A DNA stretch of 64,000 nt, taken from assembly GCF_000315625.1 (NCBI RefSeq), contig NW_005434464.1, positions 6,181 to 70,180 on the forward strand. The letters run 5' to 3'. Both the position numbers and the translations under genes were made by a program. Under the pieces are notes generated by a model that was not told the origin of the DNA, made no database searches, and saw only the letters and a list, made by a program, of their open reading frames with translations. Origin of the DNA: Guillardia theta CCMP2712 (taxonomy: Eukaryota; Protista; Cryptophyta). Below, in pieces: positions 37,014-50,234 of this stretch. Positions within the stretch are counted from its first letter, which is position 1; each line of letters opens with the position of its first letter.

Positions 37014-39847
37014 TCAAAGTCGAACGATGCTGAGGGATGGATGGAGGAAAACTGCAACCTGCTAGTGCCAGAGCTCCGAGCTTGGTACACATCATGAGAT
37101 GCAGCCCTCCGTCAGTGTAGGAGTTCATCATCTCCTGCAGAGGCGTCAAAGAACAAGGCAGAGACTTTGTGATGACCTGCAGAACTTGCGAGAGTGTCAA
37201 AATATTCAGCGAGTAGACGAGCTTGACCATGAGCTGCACCACTAGCTCGATTCCTGAACAAGAGAAAATGTCAGTGACGAGAGAAAGACGCGAGTGATCA
37301 TGACAATGACAATGACAACGACAATGACAACGACAATGACAAAAATAGTGATAATGGCAATGACAACAAAGTCTTCTTGGAGAAATCTGATTTAAGACGC
37401 ATGCACCTGTCGCTTGCTTGCTGATCGCCATTCCAAAGGCTGTTGGAAGAATGCATCGCAATAGATGATCGAGAATTTCCTTAATCTAGTGAGAGAAGGT
37501 GGTGAATAAACATTCTGCAACGCATTACAGAGCTGACCTGCTGTGGTGTGAGGAGGTGAAGTCCTCTTAGAATAAGTTTGCATCCTTTCGGAATCAAAAT
37601 CTGCGAGCAGGTCAAAGTGGAATAAGAAGGAAAAGTGAACAAAGAAGAACAAAGCACCAAACACCATAGTTGAGAAAAAAAAGGTGTTGAGGGAGTCAAT
37701 ATAGCAGCAGCAGATGTAGGGTGCAACGCTGAGACGATGAGGGAGAGAGAGGAGAAATCACCAGCTGCTGAAAGAAGTTGTCGGTGTCGAGCTTGCACTC
37801 ATGCAGAGACAACTGATCTGCTCCGATCCTGTTCTCTTTGGGGATCTTTTGAGTCCCGTTAACTTGCAATAACTGAAAGTAGTTCGCGACGAGAGCTCCT
37901 CGTTGCTATTGAACTTGTCATCTCACTACAACATTGACACGTTCCTCTCACATTCACGACTTCGGGGGCAGAAATGATTCCTCTGTCAATGTCTTGAATG
38001 GCCAGCAGCTGGGCAACGAGCAGACGTCACACGAAGAGGAAGAAGAAGCCTGCTGATTCTCACCTTGAGCATGGCGTCCTCGACGCTCCTCCTGACTGCT
38101 CGAGGAAGGGCTGAGATCTTTGACGGAACGTTCATCTTCTCTTCTTCCTCCTGATTCAAAGATTACCGAAAAGTGGCAAGTAAACGCACAGATGCTTACA
38201 TTCACTTTGACCTCGGGGAGATCTTGCTGGAGGACTCGTCCGATCACTTCGCTTCCTTCCTCTGGTGAATTCTCGTGTGCTGATGAATCGCTGCTCGACT
38301 CGATCTTAACGAGCTGTCAAGCTGTTGTCAGCAAGCGGACTTCTTCCCTGATTCGAAACCTGTCTCGGCCTCCTCAAGTCACGCGGAGGCGGACGACCAA
38401 GGGCTCCTGAGGAAAACAAGGTTTGAGAAACGAGGATCGGGGATCATCGAACCAAGACATGGAAGACTTCAAAGCGCACCTTCAAGTGCAACATTTAATC
38501 TTGACACACGGTTTCCGATCAAGGGTCCTGCAGCATGACTTAGACAAGGGTCTCTCTCAGAATACTGGCTCCTACCAGAGAAGTTTGCCCGTTCTCCCTG
38601 CTTTGCCAGGAGCATACTGCAATGCCGTCAGAATCAGACGATTTGGCAAAACATAATAATCACGAGGCATAAACATCTGTGGCAGCAGCATCTCTCAACA
38701 TGGCCTGATTCTAAGTGAAAGATATCAGCCGGCTTGAAAGAACTCATGTTTGTCGACACCAACCTGCCTCAAGATGAAGTTAACTTCACTCATCTTCATC
38801 CTGGTCTGAGTTGTTGCCGTCAGTGAAATATTTCATAGCAAGAAGTCACTGTTCTACCCACGACCGACGGAAGAGGGCGTAAGCTCCTTCGTTCGCCATG
38901 GCTGCATCGTGATTCTGAGGGATGGGCATTCTTCCATACGGATCATCCTGTGCTCGCAAGTCGTGCATGGGCATTCCATGATGAGCTTGAGGCTGCCAAT
39001 AGACGTCAGGGCGGGGCGCAACTGAAATTCTTCTAAGACCTGCACGTTGCCAGGAAAGGGATGAGGAAACCCTTTCTGCATCTGACTGGAGGCCAACATC
39101 TGCGCCTCAATCTCCATGAGGGACTTCATAGCCGGAGGGACTCCCATGCCGCCCTGTATGTTGCCATGCGCAGCTCCTCCGTGCATGCCAGCTGGTACCG
39201 GACGGCCCATGTGGCCCATAGGGATATCGCGAGGAGCAAGCCCAGGATGAGGGACACCAGGCTGCTGGAAAAACTTTTGCTGGTCCATGGAAGGAGGAAC
39301 TTGAAATCCAGGCATGGGAGGTGCGTGAAAGGGATGCGAATGCTCCGGTCTCCCCGGCTCATTGCGCACCCCGCTGCCGATAGCAGAGAAAGCATGGTGA
39401 GCAGCGAGATTATCAAGCGGCAGGTCCCTCGAAGCAGAGGAGAAGAATCTCTCCTTATCATGCAGATCAGACATGCTCTCCTGCAACATCTGCGGCGTCA
39501 TCAGCCGCGGCTTGCCAGACTCCCCTAGCAACGGCGGGGCCGTGGGAAGCGACGGGAAAGCAAAATTCTCATCGCGCTGCACAGGAGCAGAGCCGCCATT
39601 CGGCGGCTTGACTCCCCTTGCCGCTTCCTGCAAGATATCAACCTTGGTGAAGGTCATGGCTGAGAGATCCGAGATATCAGCAGGGGCGCCCTGGCAATGA
39701 AAGGTCAGCAAGGGTCATTCAAGGGCAGATCAATGAAAATACAGGATCGTCCCATCCATCATCGCCAAATGTCTCGTCGTTGTAGGCATCGGCATCGTCT
39801 GCATCGAGTACATCGTTGCGATTCATCCAAGTTTGTGGAATGTCCAT
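36400..39847 (-). CDS. PAT1-like mRNA decapping/P-body factor (multi-exon; 3' end uncertain)
   Basis: N-terminal DAYNDETFGDD motif typical of Pat1, a Pro/Gln/Met-rich region with SLMEIEAQM, then MKMSEVNFILRQ and a DYY-like segment, then helical exons. Confidence 0.55.
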
Positions 39848-40662
39848 GGTTGTAACAGGAAGAATGAACAGTAGCCAAGAGGGGGGTGCACACTCTGGTA
39901 AACTGGAAGACAGCTGACCGCTACAATATGGCGCTAGTCAGATCAATAAAGCGTGAGTTCCAAGAAAACTTCAATCCACAACTCAGTAATGAGCGACAAG
40001 AGTATTCCACGGTATTTGCTCCCAACGGCTTGCAATCCAGATGACTGACGCACAGGACGGAAGCACACGGGCGAGGTAGAAGGAGGTTGGACTGCAGGCA
40101 ACAGGTCCTTCCCTAGGAGGTCATGGCCTGTCTTGGTTCTTAAGCCTCCTCCTCTTATGTTTCCTCCTCCTCCTCCTCCTCCTGCTCGTCTCAGCTCTAG
40201 CTTCTCCCTCCCTCCGCTGCCGCCATCCCCGCGTGCCCAGCCCTGACACCGACCACCCCTACCCTGCTAGACAACCTGCAATCACCCCCACCTCCCAAAA
40301 GGTCTGAACAAAAATACCCACCCCTGGTCAATTGACCTGAGGCGATCCCCATCTCCATTTTGGCTATATGTGTGCAACCTTGATGCATTTTTACTATCAT
40401 CATACCCGATAAATATCTGTACTATGATTTCCTCCTCTACCTCTGTTTCCCCTGCGATTCTACTACCCGACATTCACAGGCCTGCCCTACCAGACCCACC
40501 CACCCCTAACAAATCAAACAGCCTCCTCTCAAGCACCGGCTTCCTCGCTTGCCCTCCTCCCCACTATCGCCCAGGTCATCTGGGGGCTCCGGGCCGCCGA
40601 GCGACCCGGCAAATTCCAAAGTTTGACTGAAAATTTCGAAAATGGCAGGGAGAAGTTGAGGG

Positions 40663-42262
40663 ATGATGGCGGCTGGACGGCAGCAGCTGATGGTGCTAAT
40701 GCTGTGGAGCTCGCTCATGGGAGTTCCTCTGTGCTGTGAAAACAAGGGAAATGCTGAAACGTTTCAAAGACAGTTGAAAACATGGCTGATCAACGTTGCG
40801 GCCACTGCCCAGCCCTCGATGCTGAGGATCAAGGGAGGTTTAGACAGGGATTCTCTAACAAATAAAATACCTCAGATCAGAGAAGACGATTGTACCCAGA
40901 AGGGCTCTGCTTCAGGTAATCGGGATGTGGACTTGGATGAACTGCTTCAAATGAAGCTATCATCCATTCGTAAGCAAGGCCACCATGTATCACGAGTTTT
41001 CAACCAGCATAGGGAGTCGGTAGAACGCCAAGTCCAACAGTATGGCACAGACACGGAATGCATCAAGGATCTTGACTCTTCGAATGCGACTTTGTCGAGA
41101 ATTTTGCAGATCCCATGCTTCACGAGTGACGAGAAATTGTTGCAAAAGTTGGAAAGTTTCAAGAGCACCCTAGAATCACTGAACAGTCTGGCGAAAAATC
41201 GTGATGAAGGCGCTCATCAGGATGGAGAGAAAGGCAATCAAGGAATGTTAGACTTGTTGGCTGACTTGAAATCTGACAACCTTATGGAAGACGAAAACCC
41301 TGAAGATGTCCGGGCGGAGTTGAACAGAATCCTTGATGCTTTCGAGTTTGGAAAGGAATACAATGAGAAAGTGAACCAGATCAGGCCATCCTCCGACCAG
41401 GTCTTGTTTTGGCGGTCTGTCTTTGATTCCGATACTCCAAAAATCATATCTCTGCTGAGATCCAGAAAGATCGATGTCAATTTGCCCGACCCTTCCAACC
41501 TTCTGCACTCTTGTGCCTTTCATGTGGCAGTAACTTTCAACGACACTTTGACGGTGGAAATTCTCCTAAATCATGGAGCGAGCCCCCATGTTCTCGACAG
41601 AAATCTCGAAACTCCATTGCATTATGCCTCCCGATATTGCTACCCGGAAATTGCAAAGATGCTCATGCAGAAGTACTCTATGAATCCATCGGTAGTCAAC
41701 CAGTATGGGCAGAACAGTCTTCATCTTCTTTTGGATTGGACAGAGGCGGCAAAAGATGAGAAGGCGCTGGAGAGGAACATCAGTCAGCTCGAACTGACGT
41801 TGCACTACCTCAGCGCTGGCGTCGACCCCAACGCTGTAGATTACAGGGGGTGGACTCCGCTGCATTATGCTGGTCAGTCATTGGCGGTTTGCGATGTGGC
41901 CTATATTTAACAACAGTCGTTAGCCAGGTGGGACCGACGAGAAGTTATCATCCTCCTTCTACAAGCCGGCGCCTCCGTCAACACATTGACCGGCGACGGG
42001 CATACACCTCTCGACTGGGCGTACGAGGCATGGTCGAGACGGTCTGTCGGGGTGCTTGAAGAGGCCGGAGCGATCCGAAGCCTCCAAGGCTCCCGATCTG
42101 TTTGGGAAAAGCATGGTGTTCCTCATTTCGTGAAAGAATTCGGGACTCCAGAAGCGGTACACGCGTTTGCTGATTCTGCGAATGTTTACTGGATTCAATT
42201 AACCCCTTCTTTGTAGGTAAAGCAAAATCCCTTGGTAAAAATGTCAAATGAAGTGCGATTGG

Positions 42263-42332
<70 letters not shown>

Positions 42333-42447
42333 AAACGTTACGCCTGATCTCGACGACGACTTTCTGGAAGAGTTGAGCTTGAGCGAATTGAAAAGCAATT
42401 TGTCATCATTGGATGAAAGCCAGGAATGGAGCTCGGAGTCGCAGTAA
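40663..42447 (+). CDS. Ankyrin-repeat protein with signal-peptide-like leader
   Basis: ETPLHYA, GQNSLHL, GWTPLHYA, GHTPLDWA; hydrophobic N-terminus LMVLMLWSSLMGVPLCC. Intron near 41873-41927; 3' end approximate. Confidence 0.8.
42262..42331. repeat. (GAGCAG)n microsatellite, about 11 units
   Basis: Seen directly; reverse complement of the 1843-2030 array unit. Confidence 0.95.
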
Positions 42448-42685
42448 CGAGACTCAGACATAGGCTCGGCGAGTCGGGCATGGCCTGAGATAAAGCGAAC
42501 TTCGGACTCGCCGCCGAAGTAAGCGTCGTCAAGAGCCCCCGCCGCCGGCGGTCGCGGCGGCCCCGGCTCAGTGCCGGGCCGCGCTAGACTCCGGGGCCCC
42601 GGCACGGCGGCTGACAGTGAGTGGCAGCCCGGCGGTGTCCGGCGGTGCTCAGCCCGGCCTGGCGGGACTCTCACTGACTGAGCCT

Positions 42686-43236
42686 TTACTCAAAGTTAAG
42701 TTAACTTGAAATGTGACAGCCTGGTGAGCTATTGTCACTGGCACAGCACGGTGACTCAGAGTCTGACGGTCGCAAGTTGCTTCGGATGAATCTCTAATGT
42801 TGAACTTAAACTCCGTATGTTAACTTGATCATGGCCGGGCGGGCCCCACCGTCACTGTGACGGTGGTAGTCCGACGGCAGTGCGGCAGCAAGCCCCGGGG
42901 CCGGGCCGCGGCCCGAGACTCAGGCTTCAGTCTACCGGCGGAGTCACGGCGGCACGGTAACTCCGAGCCTGGCGGCCGCGGCCGCCGCTAAGTCGAGTCC
43001 GATCACCGGGCCGGCAGGGAGTCCGGCGGCCGCCCGGCCCGGGTCGGACTCCGCCTCAGCCTGTGCCCGCTTACTCAAAGTTAAGTTAAAAATCAGTACG
43101 AGGACAATCTTGTTTTATTAGAGGCATCAAAATCATCTTCTTTACTCAAAGTTAAGTTAAAAATAATCAGTACCATCTTATTATTCATCAGTGTGGGTTC
43201 GCCCTTCACTCAAAGTTAAGTTAAAACAAATCAGTA
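42686..43236 (-). repeat. Cluster of four short copies of the retroelement 3' terminus (TTACTCAAAGTTAAGTTAA core)
   Basis: Copies at 42686-42704, 43071-43109 (38/39 identical to 13554-13592), 43142-43173 and 43208-43236. Confidence 0.85.
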
Positions 43237-43789
43237 ATAACAATGTCATGGGGGTGGGGGTAGATACCCCTACCCCTCGGCCTCTGGGGGCCCTGCAGAC
43301 CTACTCCGACAAGCTTCATGGGCGGACGTATGTCAGGGGTGGGTCATAAGTGAAATGATGGCGATAAACCAATACCAATAACATTCATTTGTATAGTGGG
43401 GTGGTAAATCATGGGGGTAGGGTGGTGGAGTCAGGAGGAATAAACTTTGCACTCGGGAATCAGATGGGGTACTGTTTTGAGTAAAGACGAAAGTAAGGGT
43501 AGGGGTACTACAAATCGGGGATCATACCCGTATGTTGGATATTAATAATTATTCATTTGACGGGTGGGTGTTGTCCACAAGGGGTACTGACGTTTGTCAT
43601 GACAATCATATGGTAGAGGGTGGGGGTGGGGTCATCGCAATCTTGGTAGGCGGAAGGAAAAATGTCGAAGGGAGATATGCTGGGGCTTGAAACAGGTGAG
43701 ATTGCGACGAAGATGAGCAAGAGCAGGGCTGTCTTTTGAAGATGAATGCAATGTTGCTAGCTTGCATGCTTGTGCCTCTGCTGTTCATA

Positions 43790-45132
43790 CACCATGATGT
43801 TTGTTCTGATCATATCTAGAGGCATCCACTATGCCTATGCCTCCTCTATGCCTGCCGAGCTTCCGTTTCCTAGATAACGACAACTTTACCGCAGGGTATC
43901 TGGGAAGACTCACGGCGTCTGAGGAAGCTGCTTTACATAAGATGAGAGAATTGTTTCCAACCGAACGTAAGCAATGATTTCTGAAGTTGTTTTCGATCTT
44001 TTGAGTTTATTTGATTTGCAAAGGATCTACCCAGCACATTCCGTTGACAGATGCTGACTTGCTCCGATTTTTGCGCGCCCGTGAGTTCAATTGCGACAAG
44101 GCTGCTACTATGCTCAAGAACACCATGTGAGCTCATGGAGTGGCGACTCATCTCTCGGGCTTGTTTTTACGTTGAGGTCTTCAGAGAGTGGAGGAACAAA
44201 ATAAAACCATGGGAAGTCACGCTCGAGGCAAGCCTGGTTTCATCCCAATAGCCGTGGATTAATTCGTTTTTGTAGAGTGTACGATATGTCTATGATATGA
44301 ATGCTGCACACTTCCATGGCCGCGATTCTCAGGGCAGGTGATTGCAAAAGGTCTATTTTTTTCATCCTGATTGCGTTGTAAGGCCTGTTTTGTGGTTTCA
44401 CTCGAAACACCATGACCCAGATTTCTGTGAGATTGCAATCAAGAATTGTTACTACATGATCGAGAAAGCAATCTCTGGTGAAGCTTGTGGTTCATGCCTT
44501 GTTGATGACGATCGCCTCAGAATTGAAAGAGGGGCAAGAGGCTGTCTCTGTGGTCTTTGACCTGAACGGTTATAGCAAAGTAAGAGTGTTGTCACCATTG
44601 ACTCAATTCTGACGTGTCCTGCTCGAATGATTTGGCGTGTCTGCTTGCGTTTGATTTTCAACTCTTGGTCTCAAAGAGAAACCGAGATGCTAAGTTTGCA
44701 TGGAACGCGATATCAGCACTTCAGAACTATTATCCAGAGAGGATGGGGCTTTGCCTTGTTTTGAATCCTCCCTCTTTCTTTTGGTTGATGTGGCGTGTGA
44801 TCAAACCATGGCTTGCTCCTCGCACAGTGAATGTAAAAGCTCCTCTGCTTTACCCTACCTCGTTGCTGAAGTTATCACAGAAAATCGTCTTTGTTGGAGA
44901 CGATTACGCTGAGAAGATAAGACAGTACTTTTCAGATGACACGATCCCCAAGGTGAGCGATGCATGATTCACGTTCGCAATGACGACAATGCTCAGTGTC
45001 TTGGAGGAAAGTATGACTTGGAGCCAGAAGATTGGATCAAACAAATTTATGGCCCCGCGCCTCCAATGCCGAAAAAGAACGGAAAGGGATGGTTCTCGTG
45101 GTTTAAATCACATGTATTTTTCGAATCTCTAG
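43790..45132 (+). CDS. CRAL-TRIO (Sec14-like) lipid-binding protein, multi-exon
   Basis: DADLLRFLRAREF, HFHGRDSQGRPV, VVFDLNG, LQNYYPERMG..LVLNPP..F..MWRVIKPWLAPRT..KIVFV, IPKCLGG. Start approximate. Confidence 0.85.
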
Positions 45133-47281
45133 AGTGCGGCTGATCTGACTCTTAAAATGCAGGGGAACAAGGGGGGACAGGAGATGATCAGATCGGACTC
45201 GGTCTCGCTGGACGAGGCGCCCTCAGACGGTTCGTCTCCTTTCCGTCCCTGCATCTGTATGCTCACTTGGCCCCACAGCTGTGCAAGGATTCGAGGCGGA
45301 CTAGGCAAACTCACACGGGGCACTCTGATTGCCAACTACTGCTGCTTCTGAGAGCCAAGCGGCATGACTGTCGGGCTTCTTGTGTAAATATGATGTTTGA
45401 CGCTGACCCGACGCTCTCCGCTCAGCGAATACATCTGTCATGCTCTATAAGATATCGAATAGATGACAAACGATCCAACACACCGTTTCTCTAAGACGTA
45501 GTTAGTTTCCTTCCCTACGATAAAATCTTGTCGCCACACCAGGAGGGAGGGCAGATGTTCATTGGGCACCTGTCAAGCATGACATGACAAGATGCTACGT
45601 CAAGCGGCAAGCCTGGCAGCACCAGTTTGGAGGACAGCAGCATGGAGCCTCAAGGTACGGCGCTCCTGCGCGACCATTAACTCAAAGTCCGGGCCGTGAC
45701 ACATAAGGGGGAAAGGAGAAAGAGAAGTGAACGCGAGCGGACAAGGATTGAGCCAATGCCTGTCATGTCAACCCGGAGGTCCTGCGAACGGGTCACGCTG
45801 GCAGCATCGCCCTCATCATCCGCCTGTGCGAGCTCCTGAGGGGTAGATGCGGCGTCTGTCTGGCGGTAGAGGGCATCGAGGTCTTTCATCTCTTGTCGAT
45901 CCAGCTCCCACTGGTTCACACACTGCACAGACGAGTTTGAGTCCACCTGCTCAGCCGTCACATTGCAGAGGAGTAGCCGTAAATGCCCCCACCCTCCTTG
46001 GCCTGTGTGCTCGCTGCTCTGAGAGCTTTGCAAGTCGCCATCTGATCTCGCTCCTCTTGTGCTTCATCTCCTCAGCGCCATTGTCGTATGTCTCCATCTA
46101 TCGCGACAGCGTCAAGCGTCACCTTACTTGCAGCAGCATGGCCAGTCACCTGCCCGACGGGGCTTTCGCTGTAGGTGGGGTATGACCAGCCGACCTGAGC
46201 AGCAAGAAACAACTTGTCAGGACCATAGATGGAGACAGGTGTGAGCTGCGGTGATGAAATCGTACGTGGCAGGAGAAGAGCATCAGGAGCGAGGCAAGCA
46301 CGAGAATCTGACGTGCGCTGGTGGTAGATGTAACCGCGACACTCCTGCATGCAGTGTATTCTTCATCTGCACTATAGCGGCAACATCATCTTCTTACGTC
46401 CCATCGAAGCTTGTGGGAAGCTTTATGAGCATCATGACACCTGATGCACTAAGAAAACGACCTGTGTATGAATGAACTTCCAGGCTGCTGATTTGTAGAG
46501 TTTGCACAATCACCGACTCCTCGGACGACTCAGTTCAAAGTCAGTGCTATCCTTCAAGAAAGACTGCTCCCAGCAGATTCCCGGTTCAACATTAGGCTGA
46601 CCGTTGCAGCCTGATAAAGATCGTCCACCCGGCTACTAGTTCAGCACCGTGACACTGATAGGACAATCATCAGACCGTGGGACCATGATCCATCATGACA
46701 CACGTGACAGGCTGGCAGTCACTGGTGACTTGGGACTAGTACAGCAGGTACAGCCACTGTAGCCTGATAGCGGGCCGAACTTCGGAAGCCGCCATGATGC
46801 AGCCAGTGGTGACTGCGGCAGTGCAGCAGGATGATGAAAATCGTTGCTTGATGAAAAAACAATTGACTCTTTTTTAAGGCGCATGTTTGCCGGGTGACAG
46901 GTTCAAGTTGACCGTAACCGTGGCAGTGCGACTCGAGTCTCAGTCCCGGTCCGTCGGACCACCGCGCTAGCCTCACACGGCGGCAGTGACTCAGGCCCAG
47001 CCCGGCCGCCCCCGGCCGCCCGGTGCCCGGCGATGATCATCGGGCGCAGCCGGCGGCTCGGAGCCCGTTACTAGCCTACGACTCCGACGATCAGTGATTC
47101 CGAGTCGGACTCCGAGTCAAAGTAACTGTAACCCTGCCGGGCCGCCGGGACCGTGTCCGATACCGGCGGTATCGGACACGGAGAAGGTTACAGGGATGCC
47201 ACCCCTGACAAGGTTCAGTCTCTGCTCAGTTCAAGTTCAATCACGGTCTACTGTCAACGGCTCCGACTCACTGACTCAGCG

Positions 47282-50209
47282 CATGTCGCAGAAGATGCTG
47301 GAAATTCAGACTCGATGGGCACTGAGTAGTCTGGAGAAGACTTGAAGCAGGTTCAGACTTGCGCACACGGCAAGAGGCAGCAGGGCAATGACGTGGGGGC
47401 TCGAGACCAACTCTCCTCCTTCTCGCAGGCACAGGGGCCTCCAGGGGTCGTGAACCTCAAGGAAGTTATGAAGGCGATGAGCAACGACAGGAACGACGTG
47501 ACGGCATGTCAGGATGCGTTACATGAGCTCTGCAGACTAGCAAAGATGCCGATCAACGTGAAGGCGATCCGAAGCGAGGGAGGGACCCACGCAGTGCTGG
47601 AGGTGACGCTTGCGCATGATGACTCGGAGATACTAGGAGGAGGGCTCGCGCTTCTCAACACCATCGGGTGGGACAAGCAGCAGCGAGCAACAGACAAGGT
47701 CAAGGCAGTGCTGGGTGCCATGCAGAAGCACAGGAATGATGTGAAGATACAGAGAGCAGGCCTCGAGGCCTTGTGGCAGTTGCTGGGGCCGTCGGAGAGG
47801 AATGTACGTAAAGAGCAGAGATTGCACTGGAGACTCGAGACATGGCTGGATCATGTATTGCACCATACAGGGTCGTGGAGATTGCGGAGAGCAGAAGCAG
47901 AGCTGCTTGAAAAGATCGTGAGAGATGACGAGATACGGAAGGAGATTGGTGCTACAGCAGGGGCAAAGACTGTAGTCGAGGCCATGATGGAACACAAGAA
48001 CGATGCAATCGTGCAGCGATGTGGGACAGAGGTTCTGGGAAGGATCTCACAAGAGGATCAAGGGTGGAAGCTCTACTGAGCTCTACTGAGCTGCCTCGCG
48101 ACGAAGGCGAGAAACCGAGCAGAGGGAGGAGTAGAGGCGTTGTTTGGAGCCATGCGCGAGTATATAGGAGAGGTGAAGGTGCAGAAAGCCGCGTTGACGT
48201 TGTTTGAACGGCTTTCACTCGACGAATCCGGATTGTTTGGGCGTACGATAAGACTAGCAGGCGAAGTTGAAGCAACTCTTGAAGCCATGAAGGAACACGT
48301 GGATTCACTAGATGTACAGCAAAGTGGACTGAAGATACTCGAATGTTTCTCTAAGGATGAGGACGGGCTGAGAGAAATCTTGAGCGCGGGAGGCGCCAAG
48401 ATCTTGACCTCGTCCTTGCAAGCGATGGAAAAGGACGATGAGTGGATGCGGGCAACAAGAGTGAAGCTGCTCGACACCTTGTCGCTGCATGAGGAGGGGC
48501 TAAGACAGATGCGGGCAAACGAGCTGATAAAGGTGGTTGAAAGCCGTAACTGCCATTTGAAAGGTGATTCGTATGAGCAAATATTCTTGATTCTTTGCCG
48601 TCTTGCTTCATACAAGTCACTCTCGACAGGAATTCCAGAGATGATCTTGAAAGCCATGCGGACCCACAAGAACTGCGCAATGGTGCAGCGATTAGGCCTT
48701 GGAATGCTCTATAAAAATTCAGCATCCCTTGAGATGAAGAAGAAAATCTTTGAAGCAGGAGGATTAGAGGTGGTGATGAAAGCCCTTCGAAGGTTCGCTA
48801 CCTTGAATGTGCAATTCATTGGGATTCGTGTGCTCAGTGAAATACTTGAGTTGAAGGAGGCGCAGAACAAGTTCATGGCAGCTGGAGGGATCGAAGCTGT
48901 GCTGAAGTCAGTGAGAGAGAGATGGAACTTATATTATAGTCTTGTCTTACTCTTGAGGCTCGTGCAAGATCAGGAGGGGCGAAGAAAGTTCCACGAAGCA
49001 GGAGGGAGGGAGGTGGTTATATCAAGCATGAGTGACGACGAAGAGCGAAACGCCTTGGTCATCCTTAGCTGCGTGGCGACTCGGAAGAAAAATCGACCTC
49101 AGGGAGCGTGCAAGAAGGTGTGCGAGAGGTTCTTTATGTCGCCTCATAAAACCGACGGGTATACCGGGGCTCAGATTGTTCAAATCGTGCTAGGAGCCAT
49201 GCGAGAGCATCGAAGAAACGGGCGAGTGCAGTTAGCAGGGCTCAGGTTCCTTGGACATGAGCTGCATATTAACAAGAGTTGGGTGGCGGTGATCAGGCAA
49301 GCAAAGCTGAGTGTGATGCGAGTAATGCGAGAGCACAAATGCAATCTTGATGTACAGAAGGAAAGTATGGGCATTCTAGTGAAGCTCTCAGAGGGTGCGA
49401 AGAAAGAGGAGGAGGAGGAGAAGGATGACCACGACGACGACAAGGAGGAGGAGAAGGAGGAGGAGGAGGAGGAGGAGGACTCCAAGAAGGAGGAGGAGGA
49501 GGAGGACAAGGAGGAGGAGGAGGAGGAGGAGGAGGAGGAGGAGGAGGAGGAGGAGGAGGAGGAGGAGGAGGAGGAGGAGGAGGAGGAGGAGGAGGAGGAG
49601 GAGGAGGAGGAGGGGCAGACAAATAATAGGGCACAAGAAGAGATCGAGATGGCTTTGGCGCTATTGAAGACTGAGGACCTGGTGCTGCCGATCCGGGCCT
49701 TTGAGCTCTTGACAAACATTGCAACGGACGAGGAGGGGAGGAGGGAGATCAAGGCGGCTGGCGGAGTCGAGGCGGTGCTGTCAACTCTGACGGCAGGTCC
49801 GACCGTTAAGATTTTAGCGAGTTGTATCCTACTTCTCGCTGCCCTCGCGACAGACGAGAAGAATCGTCCAAGGAAAGGAAGACAAGCACAGCAGCTGATG
49901 AAAGCCGCAGCTGCAGTGATGCTGGAGTATCGAGACGACCCCAATGTGCAGGAGGCAGCGCTAACCCTGATCTACCGAAAATATGGGGATGAAATGTTCG
50001 GCATAGGGATTGAGGCAGACACAATCCCTGCAGTCGTTGCGACTTTGAAGAGGTTCCCCGTAGCTACCGACATGCCCCACCATCCTCTTGAACTCTCCAT
50101 CCCTCGCAAGCAGCTCGCGAGGACTCCCGTACTCGACGACCTGCTGGCACGTTTCAGATTCCCAAGGAATGGGAGAGAAGGAACGGGCCTGCCCCTTGTT
50201 CAGGACTAG
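47282..50209 (+). pseudogene. Armadillo-repeat protein with poly-Glu tract, interrupted by an in-frame TGA at 48077-48079
   Basis: Repeated GG.E.V..AM..H.....VQ..G...L..L units in ORFs 47342-48079 and 48140-50209, which share a frame. Confidence 0.65.
49405..49612. repeat. (GAG)n tract encoding poly-Glu
   Basis: Seen directly. Confidence 0.95.
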
Positions 50210-50234
50210 GATGCAATCCTAACATGAGGAAGTG

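Noticed and set aside
45500-46800. Probable spliced minus-strand gene
   Set aside because: Coding-like fragments but no recognisable family or reliable exon chain.
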